Source: an uncultured Methanosarcinales archaeon (lineage in GTDB: Archaea > Nanobdellota > Nanobdellia > Woesearchaeales > JAGVZT01). From it: a DNA stretch of 38,111 nucleotides. Position numbers and translations under genes: made by a program. Positions 9,772 through 18,420 of this stretch are shown here, piece by piece (the stretch's first letter is position 1; each line of letters begins with the position of its first letter). The notes below the pieces were generated by a model that worked only from the letters and a program-made list of their open reading frames with translations, had not been told where the DNA came from and made no database searches. The stretch is taken from NCBI GenBank assembly GCA_964419615.1, contig CAYQPU010000014.1, positions 1 through 38,111 of the forward strand. Direction: 5' to 3'.

Positions 9772-9822
9772 CAATCTTGTTTAATGTTAATATTTTTTAA
9801 CATCTGTTAAGTATTTTTAACA
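9768..9822. promoter_or_regulatory. Cluster of TTAACA/TGTTAA half-sites, candidate operator for the MNT-HEPN operon
   Basis: Half-sites at 9768, 9785, 9797, 9805, 9817; 9797-9810 is TTAACA-TC-TGTTAA. Confidence 0.4.
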
Positions 9823-9856
9823 AAATATATATATCATTAATAGTTATTTTATCTGT

Positions 9857-10372
9857 ATGTTAAAAATACTTGATGACTTAGAGCCTTTTTTCCAAGATAA
9901 TTACAGGAGAATCCATGTAAGGATGTATGCAAGGATGAAAAACATAAGTCCTCCAACAGCATCTAAAATCCTTAATAATTACTCTAGAAACAATCTACTA
10001 ATAAAAAATGAAGACAAAGGTTACCTAGAATTTCACTCAAATAATGAAAATCCTCTTTTCATACAAATGCAAAGAACATATTATTTAGATAGATTCACAA
10101 AAGTAGGTTTGATAAATCACATAAAGCAACACTATATTTCACCAGTTATATTATTGTTTGGTTCATTTGCAAAAGCTGAGATATCAGAAAACTCAGACAT
10201 TGATCTAGCAATATTTTCTGTAACCAAGAAAAACCTTGACTTAACAAGATTTGAGAAAAAACTTGGAAGATCTATACAATTATTTCAATTCAAGGACCGA
10301 AAAACTTGCGAGAAAAATCCAGAATTACTTAATAATATCTTAAACGGATTCCCTTTACAAGGGAGTTGGTAA
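9857..10372 (+). CDS. wHTH-fused minimal nucleotidyltransferase (MNT) antitoxin
   Basis: LFGSFAKAEISENSDIDLAI (GS-x10-DxD); N-terminal HTH-like ARMKNISPPTASKIL. Confidence 0.85.
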   Translation: MLKILDDLEPFFQDNYRRIHVRMYARMKNISPPTASKILNNYSRNNLLIKNEDKGYLEFHSNNENPLFIQMQRTYYLDRFTKVGLINHIKQHYISPVILLFGSFAKAEISENSDIDLAIFSVTKKNLDLTRFEKKLGRSIQLFQFKDRKTCEKNPELLNNILNGFPLQGSW

Positions 10373-10833
10373 AACTGGATTGGAGAAGTTGCTTAAAAGA
10401 AAAAATTGTTAAAAAAGTAAATGAAGACAGAAATAGAATACTAGCCCTAAAAAGAATTTCACAAAAAAAGTTTGAAGGTGCAAATATATTACCAAAACAA
10501 CATTATTATTCTAAAATCACCCTTTTATATGATGCAATAAGAACAAACTTAGAATGTCTTGCATTAGAAAATGGATACAAAATTTATAATCACCAATGTT
10601 ATGTTCCATTTTTAAAAGAAGTACTGCAAAAATCCGACCTTGCAGATATGTTTAATAAGCTAAGGCTTATCAGAAATGGGATAAATTATCAAGGTACAGA
10701 GATTGATTTACAGGAAAGTAAATATGTAATAAAAGACCTTAAAACACTTTGTGAAAAATTACAAAATCTTCGTACCAAAAGTAAGAAACCTGCAAATACA
10801 ATAAAAAATATTAAGAAAAAACTTTGCAAATGA
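10366..10833 (+). CDS. HEPN-domain protein (MNT-HEPN toxin partner)
   Basis: TTG start overlapping the MNT stop; LYDAIR, YNHQC, LRLIRNGINYQG (R-N-x3-Y variant of the HEPN motif). Confidence 0.7.
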   Translation: MVKLDWRSCLKEKIVKKVNEDRNRILALKRISQKKFEGANILPKQHYYSKITLLYDAIRTNLECLALENGYKIYNHQCYVPFLKEVLQKSDLADMFNKLRLIRNGINYQGTEIDLQESKYVIKDLKTLCEKLQNLRTKSKKPANTIKNIKKKLCK

Positions 10834-10989
10834 ATCACAACTCCACATGATATGGATCTTGGGTTTATGCTTAAGCTGTTAAAAGAAACTGATCAAATAA
10901 ATTCTGTGAAAATAATAGGACTTCCAATTAATGGAAAAATCTTTGAAACAAAGGTACAAATAGAAGAGTTAATTTCTGAAAATTTCTAA
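10834..10989 (+). pseudogene. 3' remnant of a second, diverged hydrogenase maturation protease gene
   Basis: Translates ITTPHDMDLGFMLKLLKETDQINSVKIIGLP...ENF*. 10846-10926 vs 9631-9711: 66/81 nt and 23/27 aa identical; no start codon or N-terminal half. Confidence 0.85.
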
Positions 10990-10996
10990 TGAAAAA

Positions 10997-11383
10997 CTAA
11001 TATTCTCCTAATCCTAATTTTATTTTAGTCAGCATATCCTGTTCGGGTGCAGCGTATAAAACATGTTCACCTGCTTGAAACTCGAAGTTTGAAACCAGTA
11101 ATCCAGGGAAAATCATAAATGGATCTGCCTTAATTGATCCTTGGTTTTTAAGTAAACCATTATCATCTAATTCAAACTCAATAGTTCCCCAACCATAAGC
11201 TTCAGGTATATTTATTCTTTCTTCATTAAGAACTAAATAAACCTCTTCTGGAAGACCTTCACTAAGCCTTTCAAACAATTCTTTCTCATCAATCTCATCA
11301 ATATTAAATCTATCCAAATGCTCATAAAGAGGACTATCAAAATCTAACTCACCTACTAAATTATAATTAGCAAATTTAGGCAT
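10997..11383 (-). CDS. Hypothetical acidic protein (128 aa)
   Basis: Only long ORF in the interval; plausible composition; no recognised motif. Confidence 0.6.
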   Translation of the reverse strand: MPKFANYNLVGELDFDSPLYEHLDRFNIDEIDEKELFERLSEGLPEEVYLVLNEERINIPEAYGWGTIEFELDDNGLLKNQGSIKADPFMIFPGLLVSNFEFQAGEHVLYAAPEQDMLTKIKLGLGEY

Positions 11384-11539
11384 AACTTATTTGCAAAGAT
11401 TTGTAATATATAAACTTTACTATTTTAACTACTCAAAAGTGGTCTTTCTTACAGTTTGGTTTTTTTTGTTAATACTAAAAATTTCTGCAATTTTTTCTTA
11501 AGGAAAACTTTATAAATCTCCAAGAAAAATCAAGCTTAG

Positions 11540-12496
11540 ATGAAATTATTAAAAAAAGAGGCTTTACCAGAGTTTTTTAGCAAGCTCACAAAAAAATATG
11601 AAATCATTGCTCCTGTTAAAGTAAAGAGCATTCACAGATATGAAATTGTTGATTCTTTTGATCAAATAGATCTTGACTTTATCAATACAGCATATCCTGC
11701 AAAAACATTTTTCTTGCCTAACTATGAAAAATTGTTCTCATACAAAAATAACAAAATAAAAGCACCTTTAACAGACACAAAAAGAATCATATTTGGAATC
11801 AGACCATGTGATGTAAATGCTCTTTTGACAATGGATAGAATATTTGTTGAAGATTATGTTGATCCATACTATCAAAAAAGAAGAGAAAATACAATATTAA
11901 TTGTATTAAACTGTCTAAAAACAGGTGATGATTGTTTCTGTGGCTCATTTAAAACCAACGAACTAAAAGAAGGTTTTGACTTATTATTAACAGAAACAGA
12001 TCAAGGATATGTAATAAAAACAGGAAGTGAAACTGGAATAAACCTTGTAAAAAACCTTCCAAACACTTCACTTGATCCTAAGCCAAATTTAGAATTTAAA
12101 AAATCAGGAAATCCCAAAGACATAATCAACTTAAAAAACAACTTTGAAAATGAAATCTGGGAAAAGGAAGCAAAAAATTGTCTATCCTGTGGAGCATGTA
12201 CAATAACATGTCCAACCTGTGGATGTTTTTTTGTAGAAGATGTTCCAGAACTTGATTCAAATTGTGGTGAACGTTGCAGACATTGGGCATCATGCCAATT
12301 AAAAAACTTTACAAAAGTAGCAGGCAATCATGTATTTAGAGAAGCAAGAGCTTCTAGATTAAAACACAGAATATACCATCAACTAGTATATTATAGAGAA
12401 AAATTTAACAAACAAATGTGTGTTGGATGTGGCCGATGCACAACAAACTGTCCAACTGGAATTGACATGTGTAAAATAATAGAGAACTTAAGATGA
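11540..12496 (+). CDS. hydB: Group 3b [NiFe]-hydrogenase/sulfhydrogenase beta subunit (4Fe-4S dicluster, AsrA-like)
   Basis: GIRPCDV, CFCGS, CLSCGACTITCPTCGC, CVGCGRCTTNCP. Confidence 0.9.
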   Translation: MKLLKKEALPEFFSKLTKKYEIIAPVKVKSIHRYEIVDSFDQIDLDFINTAYPAKTFFLPNYEKLFSYKNNKIKAPLTDTKRIIFGIRPCDVNALLTMDRIFVEDYVDPYYQKRRENTILIVLNCLKTGDDCFCGSFKTNELKEGFDLLLTETDQGYVIKTGSETGINLVKNLPNTSLDPKPNLEFKKSGNPKDIINLKNNFENEIWEKEAKNCLSCGACTITCPTCGCFFVEDVPELDSNCGERCRHWASCQLKNFTKVAGNHVFREARASRLKHRIYHQLVYYREKFNKQMCVGCGRCTTNCPTGIDMCKIIENLR

Positions 12497-13284
12497 ATGA
12501 ATATATCCCAGAATTTTACAAAATAATAGAAAAAACCCAACAAAGCCCAGACACTTGGCTATTAAAAGTAAAGGCAGATCTTCCTCATGAACCGGGTCAA
12601 TTTTTCCAAGCATCTGTATTAAACATGGGTGAAGCACCAATTTCTGTTTGTTCATATCAAAAAGGAGTAATAGATCTAAACATACGAGATGTTGGAAGTG
12701 TAACACATGCTATGTGCAACATGAAAGTTGGAGACAAGGTTGGAATCAGGGGACCATATGGGACAGGCTATCCAATGGAGTCTATGAAAAACAATGAAAT
12801 AATAATAATTGCTGGAGGCTCTGGTTTTAGTCCGGTAAGAGGAGTAGTAGAATATATTGAACAAAATCCCAAAGACTACAAAGGAATCACAATGTTCCTT
12901 GGATTTAGATGCCCATCTGAGGTTTTATTCAAGGATGATATTGAAAAATGGAGCAATAAATACAAAGTCAATTTAACTGTTGATAAATGCGAGCCAGAAG
13001 ACAAATGGGAAAAAAATGTTGGACTTGTAACAAAAATCCTAGAAGAATCTGGAATGGATAATAAGGAGAAAATAGTTGTAACTTGCGGTCCGCCAATCAT
13101 GATCAAGTTTGTAATTCAAACACTAAAAAAATTGGGCTTTAATGACGATCAAATATATGTCTCATTAGAAAGAATGATGAGCTGCGGAATACAAAAGTGT
13201 GGCAACTGTCTTGTTAAAAGCAAATACGTTTGTAAAGACGGCCCAGTATTCAATTACAAAGAAGGAAAAGATTTAGTAGATTAA
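12493..13284 (+). CDS. hydG: Sulfhydrogenase gamma subunit (FAD/NAD(P)-binding, 2Fe-2S)
   Basis: PGQF, GEAPIS, RGPYG, AGGSG, CGP, MSCGIQKCGNC, CKDGPVF. Confidence 0.9.
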   Translation: MNEYIPEFYKIIEKTQQSPDTWLLKVKADLPHEPGQFFQASVLNMGEAPISVCSYQKGVIDLNIRDVGSVTHAMCNMKVGDKVGIRGPYGTGYPMESMKNNEIIIIAGGSGFSPVRGVVEYIEQNPKDYKGITMFLGFRCPSEVLFKDDIEKWSNKYKVNLTVDKCEPEDKWEKNVGLVTKILEESGMDNKEKIVVTCGPPIMIKFVIQTLKKLGFNDDQIYVSLERMMSCGIQKCGNCLVKSKYVCKDGPVFNYKEGKDLVD

Positions 13285-13298
13285 AAATTTCATATGTG

Positions 13299-13470
13299 AA
13301 ATCCAGCCAACCACGGCAGCTGTCGGCCAAAGCCTTGCTTTGTCCTCGTTCGACATTCGCCTCACCAGCGCCATGCCTGGATTTTAAGCAATGATGTTGG
13401 CCGGGCGAGGCATATGCCGAGTAGGGCTCGTGTTACGAGACCGTCCGTGCCTGTATCATCATCGCCGACC
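13299..13470. ncRNA. Unidentified GC-rich structured element (candidate ncRNA or cis-element)
   Basis: 99/170 G+C over 13301-13470, versus ~30% in sampled flanking coding lines. Stems: AAATCCAG 13299-13306 / CTGGATTT 13377-13384; CTCGT-GTT-ACGAG; GGCGA/TCGCC; palindrome GGCATATGCC. Confidence 0.55.
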
Positions 13471-13486
13471 AATAAAAAACAATAAA

Positions 13487-14251
13487 ATGAACAAAAAACC
13501 AAGACTAGGAGTATTTTCGGTAACAGGCTGCTTTGGCTGTCAGCTAAGTTTAGCTTTTGTAGAAGATATTCTCTTAGAACTCCTCGGTAAATTTGAAATT
13601 GTTGCATTCCCAATGTTAAAAGAAAACAACAGCTATGAAAATCTGGACATTGCATTTATTGAAGGAAATGCTTGCAGACAAGAGGAAGTTGAAGAATTAA
13701 AAAAAATAAGAGAAAACTCAAAAATTGTGATAGCACTTGGTGCATGTGCAAACACCGGATCAGTTCAAGCAATAAAAGAAGTATGCAACAAAGAAAAAGT
13801 AATGAAAGCTGTATACAATAATAAAGAAAATTACTCAAAATACAACTCAATTGAAATTGCAGGAATCGACAAACACATTAAAGTTGACTTTCACATATAT
13901 GGGTGTCCGCCAGACAAACATGACCTTGTTCAATTCATAAAAGAAGTGTTAGTTGGTAAAACAAATCCAAAGCAAGTTGATTGGAATGTTTGTGTTGAAT
14001 GCAGAGCAAAAGGAAATGTTTGTTTACTTCAAGAAGGAGAATTTTGCATTGGAGCTGCAACCCATGGAGGATGTCAAGCACTATGTCCATCAAATGGCCA
14101 TCATTGTTTTGGTTGCCATGGTTTTTGGGACGATGCTAATATTGATGCATTAATTGAATTATTCAAAGAATATGGATTTGAAAAAGAACTAAAAAACATA
14201 TTTGCAAAATTTGATCCAACATCAGAACATGCAAAAAAGGTGCTCAAATGA
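13487..14251 (+). CDS. hydD: Group 3b hydrogenase small (delta) subunit
   Basis: GCFGC, IEG, GACA, GCPP, VCVEC...C...CIG..T.GGC.A.CP...C.GC.G. Start MNKKPRL at 13487; the ORF-track extension from 13391 runs through the GC island. Confidence 0.92.
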   Translation: MNKKPRLGVFSVTGCFGCQLSLAFVEDILLELLGKFEIVAFPMLKENNSYENLDIAFIEGNACRQEEVEELKKIRENSKIVIALGACANTGSVQAIKEVCNKEKVMKAVYNNKENYSKYNSIEIAGIDKHIKVDFHIYGCPPDKHDLVQFIKEVLVGKTNPKQVDWNVCVECRAKGNVCLLQEGEFCIGAATHGGCQALCPSNGHHCFGCHGFWDDANIDALIELFKEYGFEKELKNIFAKFDPTSEHAKKVLK

Positions 14252-15516
14252 GAACAGTAAAGCTAGATCACATAACAAAAATTGAAGGACATGCCAAACT
14301 GCACATAAAAGCAGAAGATAATAAGATAACTCACCTGGAACTAGGTGCGTTTGAAGGAGCAAGATATTTTGAAGGCCTGATTGTTGGAAGAAAACACTAC
14401 GACATCCCAATAATAACATCTAGAATCTGTGGAATCTGCAGTTGTATTCATGTAACAGCATCTGTTCAAGCAGTAGAAGCTGCATTTGGAATCAAGGCAA
14501 GCGAGCAAACAAACAAACTAAGAGAATTAATGGTGATAGGAGAAAGAATCCGAAGTCATGCCTCGCATCTATATTTATTTGCACTTCCAGATTATCTTGG
14601 ATTTGAATCCTCAATAGCAATGGCATCAAAACACAAAAAAGAAGTTGGCCAAGCTCTTGAACTAATAAAACTTGGAAACAACATTGTAACTGCAGTCGGT
14701 GGCAGAGAAATGCACCCTATCTCAACAGTTCCAGGCGGCTTCACTTCATTACCAAAACAAGATGAACTCCGAGAATTATTATCTCGATTAAAACAACAAA
14801 AACAACAAGCCATTAGTACTATTGAGTTATTTGCAAGTTTAAATTATCCTGAATTTGAAAACAAAACACAATACCTTGCTTTGGATGACAATGGATACTC
14901 AACAATATCTGGAAATATTGTAAGCTCAGATCAACAAATAAACTCAGATGATTATCTAAAACACATAAGCGAAGAAATCAAAGAATACTCAACAGCAAAA
15001 TTCTCAACAGTAAATAATAAACCTTTCTTTGTTGGATCACTATCAAGACTAAACAACCATGCAGACTCAGTGAGCAAAGACACTCAAAAATTCATAAAGA
15101 AATTCAAGTTAAAATTCCCAATCTATAATCCATTCATCAATAATCTATGCCAAGCACTTGAAATGGTGCATCACTTTGATGAAGCAATTAATCTTATTGA
15201 AAACCTTAGCATAAAACAAGAAGTACCTGTAAAAGTTGAAGATAAAACTGGCAGAGGAGTATCAGCAGTTGAAGCACCAAGAGGATTATTATTTCATGAC
15301 TATGAATTCAAAAACGGAAAACTAATCAAGGCAAACATAATAACACCAACAGCTCAAAACCTAAACAACCTTGAATCTGACTTAAGAGCATATGTTCCTT
15401 CACTACTAAAGCTTTCAGAAAAACAATTAAAACTAGAAATAGAAAAACTAATCAGAGCATATGATCCTTGTTTTAGTTGTAGTGCTCATTTCTTACAGTT
15501 AAAATTAGAAAGATAA
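14248..15516 (+). CDS. hydA: Group 3b [NiFe]-hydrogenase large (alpha) subunit
   Basis: KIEGH, L1 RICGICSCIH, EAPRG, TPTAQN, L2 AYDPCFSCSAH plus cleavable C-terminal tail FLQLKLER. Confidence 0.95.
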   Translation: MRTVKLDHITKIEGHAKLHIKAEDNKITHLELGAFEGARYFEGLIVGRKHYDIPIITSRICGICSCIHVTASVQAVEAAFGIKASEQTNKLRELMVIGERIRSHASHLYLFALPDYLGFESSIAMASKHKKEVGQALELIKLGNNIVTAVGGREMHPISTVPGGFTSLPKQDELRELLSRLKQQKQQAISTIELFASLNYPEFENKTQYLALDDNGYSTISGNIVSSDQQINSDDYLKHISEEIKEYSTAKFSTVNNKPFFVGSLSRLNNHADSVSKDTQKFIKKFKLKFPIYNPFINNLCQALEMVHHFDEAINLIENLSIKQEVPVKVEDKTGRGVSAVEAPRGLLFHDYEFKNGKLIKANIITPTAQNLNNLESDLRAYVPSLLKLSEKQLKLEIEKLIRAYDPCFSCSAHFLQLKLER

Positions 15517-15531
15517 AAAAAAGATCTATTC

Positions 15532-16113
15532 CTAATATTCTGGTACAGGATGTGATCTTACTAGTTCACATTTGATGAATTTTGTTAGGTCATAATGTTT
15601 TATATCTGTTAGACCTGGAACAACACTTGAAAGACTATCTACTGGTGTTCCATCGCTGTAAACCTGTTGAGTTAAAAGGATTTCCGTATCTCTTACTTTT
15701 GCTACATATCCTACAACTTGAACTCCTTTACCAAATAGCTCAATCCTTTGACCTTCAACACCTTGCCCTAATGACTCTTCTGTTATACTTCCTACATGAG
15801 TAACTGAAGGTTCATCTGTTAGAAAAGTTCCTTTTATTTCAAAGTCTTGGTATGCTAATAGATCATACACTACCCAATCACTTAAGTTTGGAGCTGCATG
15901 TGACTTAAGGTCTACAGGTGTCCCATCACTAAAAATATGCTGTGATAATGCGATCCGCTTTGCGTCAAGAATTGCGACGTATCCAACAGTTTGTACACCG
16001 TCACCAAACATTTCTATTCTATAGCCCTCAATATCTTGCCCTAAATTGTCTTTTGTTAGCACACCTACCAAACTAGCAGGTGGTTCGTCCAGTTTAAAAT
16101 CATCTATATTCAT
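15532..16113 (-). CDS. Hypothetical protein made of two ~85-aa internal repeats
   Basis: LGQDIEGYRIEMFGDGVQTVGYVA...FSDGTPVD versus LGQGVEGQRIELFGKGVQVVGYVA...YSDGTPVD. Confidence 0.75.
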   Translation of the reverse strand: MNIDDFKLDEPPASLVGVLTKDNLGQDIEGYRIEMFGDGVQTVGYVAILDAKRIALSQHIFSDGTPVDLKSHAAPNLSDWVVYDLLAYQDFEIKGTFLTDEPSVTHVGSITEESLGQGVEGQRIELFGKGVQVVGYVAKVRDTEILLTQQVYSDGTPVDSLSSVVPGLTDIKHYDLTKFIKCELVRSHPVPEY

Positions 16114-16202
16114 AGTTAATGGAAATCAAATTGCGTATTTAAATATTGTGACTATTTAAAAGTGGCGAAAGATTTATAAATTGAGAATCTTCCCCACATA
16201 AT

Positions 16203-16700
16203 ATGGCAATTCACTTTCAAGATCCAAAGCCTGGTTTATTAAGAACTACTTTTGGAATAAAGGGAACCGAAAACTTGCATGCAACAATAATTCAATCAAT
16301 GGAATTAGATAATATTACATCAATTTTACCTTTAAGAGATGAGCTTGAAGCAACACTAAAATCAATAAATGTTTACAGAGATCAAGTTGTTCTTATAAGT
16401 AATGATATTTCTATTTTCTATACTCCTTTTACACCACTGGGAATGACTTCTTGCGCCATTTATGTACCACATTCTGATGATATTCCATCTATCGGGCAAG
16501 TTGACACAAGATACGATGATGAATATACTCGTACAATTTTACCAAATATGATTGAACAAGTGGTTATAAAAGGTTTTTTGAAAAAACTCGAACTAATGAG
16601 TGAAGCAGTCATAATTGATGAAGAACACCAACAAGTCTCGGTTGGAGGTCAAATCTATCTACCCGCAGATTATGGATTACCAAGATTTGGTTTGGGCTAA
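16203..16700 (+). CDS. Hypothetical protein (165 aa)
   Basis: Sole long ORF, with TATA-like TTTATAAA upstream; no recognised motif. Confidence 0.6.
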   Translation: MAIHFQDPKPGLLRTTFGIKGTENLHATIIQSMELDNITSILPLRDELEATLKSINVYRDQVVLISNDISIFYTPFTPLGMTSCAIYVPHSDDIPSIGQVDTRYDDEYTRTILPNMIEQVVIKGFLKKLELMSEAVIIDEEHQQVSVGGQIYLPADYGLPRFGLG

Positions 16701-16778
16701 TTAATTGTATTTGATTCTACTTATAACTAACAAATTCTCTTTTTCTCTTTCTACCAAATAAACTTGGCCAGTCTATGT

Positions 16779-17819
16779 CTATGGTATCTCAATTACCAAG
16801 GTAGAATCTTTCACACCCCACGGTTCATCTGTGGTTACGTTCAAGTACAAGTCAATATCAGCTTCGTCATTAGCTTCTGTGTTATTCAACTCATACAGCA
16901 AGCTGACATTGTAACTTGTCATGTTAGTCCATGTGATTTGTGATAATGATCTGTTAAAGGATCCAGCTTCTGTCCTGTCATCTACTTTGAACATGAAGTG
17001 TGATGTATTCAGTAGAGCATCTGGATGTGTGAACAAGGTATCGTTCGCATATATTGTCAAGTTCACTGGGATGTTACCAATGTTTCTTACTCTTAGAGGC
17101 ACTGGGTTATCATCTACAGTTGAGTTAGTTCTTGTCCAATTCAGGACTGATGCGTTGACTGAGTCACAGAATGCTCCACATGAGAACATCTCGCCGAAGT
17201 CAGTTACGTTCACAACCATCTCAATTGCCTGGTAACTTTCAATTGTAAAGTTCCAGATTGAGCTGTTCACTCTGTACGTGCCATCATATACTTCAACTCT
17301 CCAGAAGTACATCATATCTACTTTCAACTCAGTTGAACTTGTAATATTCTCAGCTACTGTGATGTTTGTATATACTGGACTTGTTAGATCAGATGAGTTA
17401 CTGACCCAGATTGTGAACTCAAGTGGATCATTATCTGCATCTTCTCCGCTCCAGGTGAACTCTGTGAATTGCTCATGTATACTATCGTTTCCGTTAGTTG
17501 GAGTGAGTAATGTTATTGTAGGCTTACTATCAGTCTCTGCTCCACTCCAGAATCCTAAGGAGGTCTGGTAATTACTACTCTCACTATCTCCAACTAATAC
17601 TTGTGATATAGAGGCGTCCGTGCTATAGGTTGCAGAGCTAATTGGGACTCCTCCGCTTGATATTAGCGTTAGCTTGGAATCATAATTACTTCCAAGCGTG
17701 ATGAATGGTTGGGATAGACCAACCATTAAAACCATCATCAAGAGGATTATAGGTAAGACTACTAGCTTTTTGTCTACCTTAAACCTTTTCTCCGTCCGTG
17801 GCTTAGGTGGTCTAATCAT
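16779..17819 (-). CDS. Secreted or membrane-anchored glycoprotein with Ig/fibronectin-III-like domain
   Basis: Basic N-terminus plus hydrophobic helix; PTITLLTPTNG...FTWSGEDADNDPLEF...YFWRVEVYDG; many N-x-S/T sequons. Confidence 0.7.
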   Translation of the reverse strand: MIRPPKPRTEKRFKVDKKLVVLPIILLMMVLMVGLSQPFITLGSNYDSKLTLISSGGVPISSATYSTDASISQVLVGDSESSNYQTSLGFWSGAETDSKPTITLLTPTNGNDSIHEQFTEFTWSGEDADNDPLEFTIWVSNSSDLTSPVYTNITVAENITSSTELKVDMMYFWRVEVYDGTYRVNSSIWNFTIESYQAIEMVVNVTDFGEMFSCGAFCDSVNASVLNWTRTNSTVDDNPVPLRVRNIGNIPVNLTIYANDTLFTHPDALLNTSHFMFKVDDRTEAGSFNRSLSQITWTNMTSYNVSLLYELNNTEANDEADIDLYLNVTTDEPWGVKDSTLVIEIP

Positions 17820-18252
17820 TCTTTTTCATATTCTTCTTTCTAGCTCGATCGTAAACAGTCCAAACAGTCTTGGAGCTCCTGCCTAGAAGCTCAGCTATCT
17901 CAGAATTCTTGAGGCCGCAGTCATCACGAAGATAAACTACAACAACCTCAAGAATTGACAAAGAGCGGTCACGCAAAACAGAAATCGGAATTTGGACTAG
18001 TGGAACATCAGTGGGCGGCGAGAAAATATCATCACCAAGTTTTTTAGCCGCCCTGTTGTAAAGAGTCCAGATGTTTCTCTGGTCACGATTTAGCTGTTTT
18101 GCGATTTCCGCATAAGTCAATTTGTGGATCTCTTTTAGATAAACCACAACTGACTCAAGAAACGACAAACGTCGCTCCAAAAAAATAGAGCTTGGGAGAA
18201 GTATTTCTACAGAAAAGTCACTGTCCCTACTAGAATTTGCTCTATTCATCAA
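17812..18252 (-). CDS. Tandem helix-turn-helix (sigma-70 region-4-like) DNA-binding protein
   Basis: Two repeats: LTYAEIAKQLNRDQRNIWTLYNRAAKK and LKNSEIAELLGRSSKTVWTVYDRARKK. Confidence 0.8.
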   Translation of the reverse strand: MMNRANSSRDSDFSVEILLPSSIFLERRLSFLESVVVYLKEIHKLTYAEIAKQLNRDQRNIWTLYNRAAKKLGDDIFSPPTDVPLVQIPISVLRDRSLSILEVVVVYLRDDCGLKNSEIAELLGRSSKTVWTVYDRARKKNMKKND

Positions 18253-18334
18253 AAACTGGCCAGTTTTTTTCTTACAATGTGTGTAATACTTTAAAAAGTT
18301 TGTGTAGAAAATGAAAAAAGGTCAAAACCAAAAG

Positions 18335-18414
18335 TTTTATATACAATTAGTACTGGAATAAGACTGAAAAAGTAGATTTACTGAAATAAAAGAGGGCTAA
18401 ATTAGTACTAATTT
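18335..18414 (+). promoter_or_regulatory. Putative TATA box (TTTTATATA 18335-18343) with two AATTAGTACT sites, one within a perfect 16-bp palindrome
   Basis: AATTAGTACT at 18345-18354 and 18400-18409; AAATTAGTACTAATTT at 18399-18414, 6 nt before ATG 18421. Confidence 0.55.
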
Positions 18415-18420
18415 CCAAAA

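Noticed and set aside
10831-10833. Programmed readthrough fusing HEPN to the protease remnant
   Set aside because: The in-frame arrangement has a 1-in-3 chance and is explained by the recombination scar; no functional rationale for the fusion.
9631-10926. Diversity-generating retroelement TR/VR pair
   Set aside because: Mismatches are mostly synonymous third-position changes and not adenine-specific; there is no reverse transcriptase in the window.
13299-13470. Identity as tRNA, 5S rRNA, SRP, RNase P, C/D sRNA, HDV-like ribozyme or fluoride riboswitch
   Set aside because: Only fragmentary word matches (GTTCGA...ACCA without a T-stem, ATGATGA without CTGA, GGCGATG, GCTGCCG); the required helices or conserved cores could not be built by eye.
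13391-13486. N-terminal extension of HydD given by the ORF track
   Set aside because: It runs through the GC-rich structured island and does not resemble delta subunits; MNKKPRLG at 13487 is the family-like start.
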